64,000 nucleotides of DNA from assembly GCA_965243495.1 (NCBI GenBank), contig CBDEUZ010000007.1:154450-218449 (forward strand), read 5' to 3'. The stretch's first letter is position 1. Every line of letters begins with the position of its first letter. This document shows positions 57,913 through 64,000 of this stretch, piece after piece. A program made the position numbers and the translations under genes. The stretch is from Dehalococcoidia bacterium. GTDB taxonomy: Bacteria; Chloroflexota; Dehalococcoidia; UBA6926. The notes below the pieces were generated by a model. That model did not search any database. It was not told the origin of the DNA and saw nothing but the letters and a program-made list of their open reading frames with translations.

Positions 57913-59789
57913 TGGGCGGCTACTATGACGGCTGGGACGACGAACAGCTTGGTGCGGTCTATGACCGACGCGTCGCCGTCAGGTTGATCCCCTACATCGC
58001 TCAATTCAAGCTATGGGCGGCCATCGCCGTCGTCGGTATGTTGGCCGCGACGTTCAGCAGCGTCGCCATGCCTTTGTTTATCGGCCTCACCGTCGATACT
58101 GCCATCGCCACGGGCAACACAGCGCGGCTCGCGTGGATGGCGGGCATTTTCTTCGGACTCGTCGTAATCAACGCCATCGGCCTCTGGCTCCAGTCCCGCT
58201 ACATGGCCAAGGTGGCGCACGCGATGCTCGTCAACATCCGGACGGAGCTCTTCGGCCACCTGCAGAAGCAATCGCTGAGCTTCTATGACAAGCAGCAGGT
58301 GGGACGACTCATGTCCCGCGTCGTGAGTGACGTTGAGCAGATTCAACAGGTCATGACGGGCGGAGTCATCGGGACGCTCAGTGACGTTCTTACGCTGGTA
58401 GGCATCGTTGTAATCATGTTCGTCATGGACTGGTCGCTTGCGTCAGTTACGCTCAGCGTTGTTCCTGCCCTGATCATCATCTCGATCTTCTGGCAGAAGC
58501 GTGCGCGTGTGGCGTTCCTGCGCGTCCGCCGGGCCATCTCCGTCGTGAACGGTAGTTTGCAGGAGAACGTCTCCGGTGTGCGTGTCGTCCAGAGCATGAA
58601 CCGCGAGGACGAGAACATGCGCCGCTTTGATCGGATCAACTACGACCACCTTGCCGCCAATCTGCGCGCCTCTCGTCTGACTGCCGGCATGTTCCCTGCC
58701 GTGGAAATCATGGTTGGCATCTCCATGGCCGTAGTAATCATCTACGGCGGTTGGCAGGTATTACAGGGCGCTTTGACGGTGGGCTTCCTGGTGGCGTTCA
58801 CATTGTGGGTGCAGCGGTTCTTCGATCCCATCCGCAACATCACCATGCAATACACGGAAGTCCAGCGTGCCATGGCCTCCGGTCAACGGATATTCGAGCT
58901 GTTGGACACCCGGCCCAAAGTCGCTGACAAGGAAGGCGCACAGCCAATACCGTCAATTGCAGGCCGTGTCAATTTCGAGAACGTCTCGTTCTCATATGAA
59001 GACGACATCCCCGTGCTGCGTAACGTCTCGCTCAATGCGGAGCCGGGGGAGACTATCGCGCTTGTAGGTGAGACGGGAGCAGGCAAGACGACGTTTGTAA
59101 GTCTTATCTCCCGTTTCTATGACGTCACGAGCGGCCGGCTAACCATCGACGGCCACGACGTGCGGGACGTGCAGCACGAGAGCCTGGCGCACCAGATGGG
59201 CATCGTGCCACAGGAGCCGTTCCTGTTCTCTGACACCATCGAGGAGAATATACGCTTCGGAAAGCCTGACGCGACACGCGCGGAGGTGGAGGAGGCGGCG
59301 AAGGCGGCCGGACTGCACGAGATCATCATGCACATGGACAACGGCTACGACACGGAGCTGCAGGAGCGCGGCGCGAACCTCAGCGTCGGCCATCGACAGC
59401 TCGTCAGCTTCGCCCGCGCCATCCTCGCCGACCCCCGCATCGTGATCCTGGATGAGGCGACGGCCAACATCGATACACGCACCGAGGCCCGCATACAGGA
59501 CGCGCTGCGACGGCTCCTGCCGGGCCGCACGTCATTCGTCATCGCCCACCGGCTGTCCACCATCCGTGAGGCTTCACGCATTCTGGTGATGGACAACGGC
59601 GCGATCGTTGAGAGCGGCACACACAATCAACTGCTGGCCAATGACGGCATCTACGCCCGCCTCAACGCCATCTCTTACGGCGCAGATGCGATAAATGGCC
59701 ACGTGGATGACCCGGCAACTCCTCTTCCCGCCCCGATACGCAGAATGGAGGACGAGCAGGCGTTCAGAGACCCAGGCTTACGCTTTTAG
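57909..59789 (+). CDS. ABC transporter permease/ATP-binding protein (exporter half-transporter B)
   Basis: Overlaps the previous gene by 4 nt. 6 TM plus NBD (GETGAGKTT, LSVGHRQL, IVILDE). Confidence 0.9.
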   Translation: MMGGYYDGWDDEQLGAVYDRRVAVRLIPYIAQFKLWAAIAVVGMLAATFSSVAMPLFIGLTVDTAIATGNTARLAWMAGIFFGLVVINAIGLWLQSRYMAKVAHAMLVNIRTELFGHLQKQSLSFYDKQQVGRLMSRVVSDVEQIQQVMTGGVIGTLSDVLTLVGIVVIMFVMDWSLASVTLSVVPALIIISIFWQKRARVAFLRVRRAISVVNGSLQENVSGVRVVQSMNREDENMRRFDRINYDHLAANLRASRLTAGMFPAVEIMVGISMAVVIIYGGWQVLQGALTVGFLVAFTLWVQRFFDPIRNITMQYTEVQRAMASGQRIFELLDTRPKVADKEGAQPIPSIAGRVNFENVSFSYEDDIPVLRNVSLNAEPGETIALVGETGAGKTTFVSLISRFYDVTSGRLTIDGHDVRDVQHESLAHQMGIVPQEPFLFSDTIEENIRFGKPDATRAEVEEAAKAAGLHEIIMHMDNGYDTELQERGANLSVGHRQLVSFARAILADPRIVILDEATANIDTRTEARIQDALRRLLPGRTSFVIAHRLSTIREASRILVMDNGAIVESGTHNQLLANDGIYARLNAISYGADAINGHVDDPATPLPAPIRRMEDEQAFRDPGLRF

Positions 59790-60341
59790 ATACTCCGCCA
59801 ACCGCCCCAACGCCGCTTTCCAGTAGGCGCGACGCGCCTCCACATCTTCTGTATCGGCGAGCTTCGACTGCATAACCGTGATGCGGCTCTTCGCATCACC
59901 GTTCGAGTAGAAGCTGATATCGAGGCTTGATTCAGTGCCGTCGCCGTCTGTCCACGTCGCGCGGGTCGTTTTCTCAGGGGTGTCCTTGCGAATCGTGATT
60001 GGCGCCTCCGGCAGCCATTGTCCACGGTGTGAGAGATTGGCAAACGTGCCATAGAGTTCCGATAGAGACACGGGGAGTGTCTTACTCACGCTGACCTGGT
60101 AGCCACGCGTGGTCTGATACCGCTCCCGCATCCCGCGCGCCCGTTCATAGTCAACGGTCACGTGCTGACTCCACCACGGAGTTACGCCGTGGTTCTCCCG
60201 AAGCATCGTCGCGATCTCCTTGTGCGTCAGATCCCGCGCCCCCGCCGCATCGAGGATGGAGTTCCACTCCTCCGGCGTCTTGCCCGTGGCCTTAACTACA
60301 GCCTCCGGTGAGGCTTCAGAACGGCTCTTGCGTGCAGTCAT
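59778..60341 (-). CDS. DUF4287-like hypothetical protein
   Basis: ..GKTPEEWNSILDAAGARDLTHKEIATMLRENHGVTPWWSQHVTVDYE.. resembles DUF4287 N-terminal domains. Start MTARK at 60341; the longest ORF extends to 60374. Confidence 0.5.
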   Translation of the reverse strand: MTARKSRSEASPEAVVKATGKTPEEWNSILDAAGARDLTHKEIATMLRENHGVTPWWSQHVTVDYERARGMRERYQTTRGYQVSVSKTLPVSLSELYGTFANLSHRGQWLPEAPITIRKDTPEKTTRATWTDGDGTESSLDISFYSNGDAKSRITVMQSKLADTEDVEARRAYWKAALGRLAEYLKA

Positions 60342-60518
60342 AGTGTTCAGTGTAGCGCAGGGCACTCCCCCCATTGACCACCTACACGCCCTCCAATAGA
60401 GTGGGTATAGTCACCGACCGACTGGTCAGTCGGTTTTGTATGGAGGACGAATATCTCAACGGTTTCAGACACCGGCAAGGCGTCGACGCGAGAGCGCATT
60501 CTTGAGGCGGCGGCGCAG

Positions 60519-61079
60519 GTGTTCGCAGAGTCCGGCTACCACGGCGCAAGCGTCGATGACATCGCCACCGCCTCCGGCGGCTCCAAGGGCGGCATCTATT
60601 TCCATTTCCCCGGCAAACGCGAGATTTTCTTTGCGCTTGTCAATCGCTTCGCTGATCGACTGCTTGCCGACGCAAACACATCCATCGCCAACCAAACCAG
60701 CGGTGTTGAGCAGGCCGGCGCGGTCATTGAAGCCACGCTTCAGACCTTCGCGAACCATGCCCGGCTCGCGAAGGTGCTGATGGCAGTTGGCCTGGGCCCC
60801 TCTTTTGATGAGCCGCTGCTAAATCTCCATGACAAGTTTGCTGACCTGATTCGTGAACGGCTGGACGCCGCTGTGGAAGATGGCTCAATCCCGCCGCTCG
60901 ATACTACCCTCGCCGCTTACGCGTGGATGGGGGCACTGAATGAAATCATCCTCCGGTGGCTGTACACGGGAGAGCCTTCTCCCCTCACGTCAGCCGCGCC
61001 ACAGCTGAAATCGATCCTGCTGTCAAGCGTGGGCGTGAGCAAGGCGGGCTTGCCAACCACTGACGAGGGGGCTGACTAA
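60519..61079 (+). CDS. TetR/AcrR family transcriptional regulator (start uncertain)
   Basis: ..RERILEAAAQVFAESGYHGASVDDIATASGGSKGGIYFHFPGKREIF.. HTH. The first canonical start (GTG 60519) lies inside the HTH. The same frame is open upstream to 60411 and already encodes ..SDTGKASTRERILEAA.. there. Confidence 0.7.
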   Translation: MFAESGYHGASVDDIATASGGSKGGIYFHFPGKREIFFALVNRFADRLLADANTSIANQTSGVEQAGAVIEATLQTFANHARLAKVLMAVGLGPSFDEPLLNLHDKFADLIRERLDAAVEDGSIPPLDTTLAAYAWMGALNEIILRWLYTGEPSPLTSAAPQLKSILLSSVGVSKAGLPTTDEGAD

Positions 61080-61081
61080 TC

Positions 61082-62557
61082 ATGGCGAAGGCTTTTCGAG
61101 ACCTCAGCGAGTTCATTAAGTTCCTCGAGGGACATGGCGAACTAAAGCGCATCACGGCGCCCGTGACGTGGGATCTTGAGATTACGGAGATTACCCAGCG
61201 CGTCCTGCGCGAGGGTGGTCCTGCCCTCCTTTTCGAGAACGTTGAGGGCTACAGCGACACGCCGGTGCTCATCAACCTCTATGGGACTGAGCAGCGCGCG
61301 GCGTGGGCACTCGGCGTCGATGAGCTCAACGAGCTTCCCGCGCAGATTGAGAAGATGATGGCGATGGCGCAGGGCGGCCCCCCCGAAGGCTTGATGAGCA
61401 AGCTGCGTATGCTAGGTGACCTGGTCAAGCTCGGACGCATCGGTCCGCGCACTGTGGAGCGTGAGGATGCTCCCTCTCAGGAAGTCATCATGCAGGATGA
61501 CGATGTCGATCTCCTGTCGCTGCCCATTCTCAAGACGTGGCCGCAGGACGCCGGCCGCTATATCACACTGCCGCTCGTCATCACCAAAGACCCTGACAAC
61601 GGCACCCACAACCTCGGCATGTACCGCATGCAGGTCTATGACAAGAACACCACCGGAATGCACTGGCAGACGCATAAAGTTGGAACGCAACATGAGCGAG
61701 CGTCGGCAGAGCGCGGCGCGGGACGCATGGAGGTCGCGGTAGCGCTGGGCGGCGATCCGGCTCTCATTTGGGCCGGATCCGCCCCGTTGCCCGCGGACGT
61801 CAGCGAGTACGTGCTGGCCGGATTCTTGCGGGGCCAGCCGGTGCCTGTTACGAAAGGCATCACGGTCGATCTCGATGTGCCCGCGCAAGCCGAGTACATC
61901 CTTGAGGGCTACGTCGATCCGTCGGAGCGGCGTCCTGAGGGCCCGTTCGGCGACCACACCGGCTACTATTCCATCCAGGATGGGTATCCCGTCTTTCACG
62001 TGACGGCCATCACACGCCGCCGCAGCCCAATCTACCCGACCATCGTCGTGGGCCGACCACCCCAGGAAGACTACTGGATGGGCGTTGCCACTGAGCGGCT
62101 CTTCCTACCCCTGATGCGGCTGATGCTGCCGGAGATCGTTGATGTTCACATGCCTGCGGAGGGCGTCTTTCACAACCTCGTGCTTGTCTCCGTCAAGAAG
62201 GAGTACCCCGGCCATGTGCAGAAGACGGTGAGCGGGATGTGGGGACTGGGGCTGATGTCACTGGCGCGCGCAATCGCTGTTTTTGATGATGACGTGGATA
62301 TCCATGATCCGTCAGAGGTCGTGTGGCGGCTGTCGAACAACGTTGATCCCCGGCGCGACATTTTCTTCGCAGACGGGCCGATTGACGACCTTGATGTTGC
62401 ATCACCCACCGCGCGCGTCGGCAGCAAGATCGGCATCGACGCCACGCGTAAGTCCGGCGAGGGTGAGATGGGTGAGCGTCAATGGATGCCGGACATCACT
62501 ATGGATTCGGCGATGGTCGAGCAGGTAACGCGACGCTGGAAGGAATACGGATTCTGA
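61082..62557 (+). CDS. ubiD: UbiD family decarboxylase (prenylated-FMN dependent)
   Basis: 491 aa with full-length UbiD similarity (MAKAFRDLSEFIKFLEGHGELKRITAPV..). Confidence 0.9.
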   Translation: MAKAFRDLSEFIKFLEGHGELKRITAPVTWDLEITEITQRVLREGGPALLFENVEGYSDTPVLINLYGTEQRAAWALGVDELNELPAQIEKMMAMAQGGPPEGLMSKLRMLGDLVKLGRIGPRTVEREDAPSQEVIMQDDDVDLLSLPILKTWPQDAGRYITLPLVITKDPDNGTHNLGMYRMQVYDKNTTGMHWQTHKVGTQHERASAERGAGRMEVAVALGGDPALIWAGSAPLPADVSEYVLAGFLRGQPVPVTKGITVDLDVPAQAEYILEGYVDPSERRPEGPFGDHTGYYSIQDGYPVFHVTAITRRRSPIYPTIVVGRPPQEDYWMGVATERLFLPLMRLMLPEIVDVHMPAEGVFHNLVLVSVKKEYPGHVQKTVSGMWGLGLMSLARAIAVFDDDVDIHDPSEVVWRLSNNVDPRRDIFFADGPIDDLDVASPTARVGSKIGIDATRKSGEGEMGERQWMPDITMDSAMVEQVTRRWKEYGF

Positions 62558-63459
62558 TGGATTCTGTCGGTCGCCCGCCACTCCCACGCCCTTGGTCCTT
62601 TATGGGCCGTCTTGGCATCATGCTCGATTCCATCCGGTTCGAGCACTCCATTTTCGCCCTGCCCTTCGCCTATCTCGGCATGATTCTCGCCGCTGGCGGC
62701 TGGCCGACGCTCTCACAATTCATCTGGATTACGGTGGCAATGGTCGCCGCGCGCACCGTAGCCATGAGTGCAAATCGGCTCATCGACCGTGAGATGGACG
62801 CGGAGAACCCCCGCACCGCCATGCGTGCCCTGCCCTCCAAGCTGCTTCGTCCATCCGACATGCTCGGCATGTTGCTTGTCAGTCTCGTAATCTTTTTCTT
62901 CGCCGCATACATGCTGAACACTCTTGCGCTGATTCTCGCACCCGTCGCCGCAATCATCGTCATCACGTATTCCTACGCCAAGCGATTCACGTGGACGGGA
63001 CATTACTGGCTTGGGTTCGCGGACGGCATCGCGCCGGCTGGCGGCTGGATCGGCGTTTCTGGGGAACTGCCACTTGAGGCTGTCATTCTCGCCATGGCCG
63101 TCACAACGTGGGTGGCCGGATTCGATCTCATCTACCAATGCATGGACTATGACTTCGACATCCCACGCAAGATCCACACAATCCCTGTCAAATGGGGCAT
63201 TGCCGCAGCCCTGCGGTGGGCCCGCGTCACCCATTTCTTGACGATTGCATTCCTGGTCGCGCTTGGGGTCATGATGAGCCTTGCGTGGCCGTACTACATC
63301 GGCGTTGCCATCGCCGCCGCCTTGCTCGCGTGGGAGCATTCACTCGTCAAGGCGGACGATTTCTCCCGTGTCACCATCGCCTTCTTCAATATCAACGGCG
63401 TCATCGCCATCATCGTCTTTATCTTTACGGCGGTCGCCGTCCTGATGGGTAACGCTTGA
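62557..63459 (+). CDS. ubiA: UbiA family 4-hydroxybenzoate polyprenyltransferase
   Basis: ATG overlaps the ubiD stop (TGATGG). ..AARTVAMSANRLIDREMDAENPRT.. Asp-rich motif; 8-9 TM. Confidence 0.85.
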   Translation: MDSVGRPPLPRPWSFMGRLGIMLDSIRFEHSIFALPFAYLGMILAAGGWPTLSQFIWITVAMVAARTVAMSANRLIDREMDAENPRTAMRALPSKLLRPSDMLGMLLVSLVIFFFAAYMLNTLALILAPVAAIIVITYSYAKRFTWTGHYWLGFADGIAPAGGWIGVSGELPLEAVILAMAVTTWVAGFDLIYQCMDYDFDIPRKIHTIPVKWGIAAALRWARVTHFLTIAFLVALGVMMSLAWPYYIGVAIAAALLAWEHSLVKADDFSRVTIAFFNINGVIAIIVFIFTAVAVLMGNA

Positions 63460-64000
63460 TGCAGATGCAACAAGGTCAAGATCAACTTCCGGTGGTTGTC
63501 GGAATCTCTGGTGGCAGCGGCATGGCCATCGCAGGGCGCATCATCGACTCGCTGCTGGAGGCACAGATCCCCGTGATCTGCACCATCACCTCCGGCGGGC
63601 GGCAAGTGTGGGCTCAGGAAATGGACGAGCCATTCTCACGGGCACTCGAAGCGTGGTCGGCCAATGAGTGTTTTTCTTACTACACGTCCAAGCAGCTTGG
63701 CGCGCCCATAGCGAGCGGTGGGATCCCGACACGGGGAATGATTGTCGCCGCGTGCAGTATGGCGACGGTGGCGGCCATCTCACACGGCCTCGGCGACAAT
63801 CTTCTGCGGCGCGCGGCGGACGTGACCATCAAGGAGCGTCGTCCGCTGGTGCTCATCCCTCGTGAATCGCCCTTGTCTGCCATCCACCTGGACAATATGA
63901 AACGACTGGCGGAACTGGGAGCAACAATTCTCATGCCCGCCCCTGCTTTCTATCTGAAACCGCGCACAGTCGATGACATCGTCGACTATTTTGTGGCGCG
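63459..64000 (+). CDS. ubiX: flavin prenyltransferase UbiX, 3' partial
   Basis: ATG overlaps the ubiA stop. MQMQQGQDQLPVVVGISGGSGMAIAGRIIDSL.. The gene runs off the window edge. Confidence 0.85.
   Translation, partial: MQMQQGQDQLPVVVGISGGSGMAIAGRIIDSLLEAQIPVICTITSGGRQVWAQEMDEPFSRALEAWSANECFSYYTSKQLGAPIASGGIPTRGMIVAACSMATVAAISHGLGDNLLRRAADVTIKERRPLVLIPRESPLSAIHLDNMKRLAELGATILMPAPAFYLKPRTVDDIVDYFVA

Overview
This 64 kb window is high-GC (about 63-65%) bacterial chromosomal DNA with densely packed housekeeping genes. My taxonomic guess from gene content is Chloroflexota-like, based on a DUF5667 anti-sigma factor, an archaeal-type cofactor-independent phosphoglycerate mutase, a PAC2 protein and a MoxR-DUF58-DUF4129 triad; this is unverified.

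Recognisable clusters:
- purine: guaA, purD, purE, purB
- cobalamin nucleotide-loop arm: cbiB, thr-P decarboxylase, GHMP kinase
- glycolysis: pgk ... apgM, tpiA
- lysine/DAP: dapF ... dapL-like aminotransferase
- ubiD-ubiA-ubiX prenylation/decarboxylation operon
- ECF sigma/anti-sigma followed by a heterodimeric ABC exporter
- three tRNAs: Pro-TGG, Leu-TAG, Lys-CTT

The most striking sequence-level signal is a set of short palindromic repeat modules:
- A: gtcattcccgcgaaagcgggaatccagtgcggcgcgcagcgccg
- B: ccccgttcgccctgagcctgtcgaagggggctcccgaacgggg
- C: gtcattccgagcgcagtcgaggaatccaaagactca
- D: ctctccctcagggagagggttagggtgaggg
- E/F: ...ccggaacgcg..gaactttggccgtaggcactgcctaccc / gagagccgtaacgcagttacccc
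These modules are combined in variable order and orientation and fill almost every sizeable intergenic spacer. Module A is inserted in-frame inside pgk, and a fragment of module B sits in-frame inside purD.

Other notable regions:
- a two-gene lower-GC island between pgk and apgM, containing a hypothetical protein and a beta-class DNA methyltransferase fused to an Mrr-like nuclease domain, bracketed by the mosaic repeats; this is my best candidate for an undescribed defence or RM-like system
- a 1040-aa lipoprotein with about 16 tandem 40-aa repeats and a C-terminal M1-like zincin domain, followed by a second lipoprotein
- a head-to-tail array of five OFA-type MFS transporters, including a recent tandem duplicate
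- a 4-TM membrane segment fused in-frame to PurD

I found no rRNA, CRISPR array or transposase.
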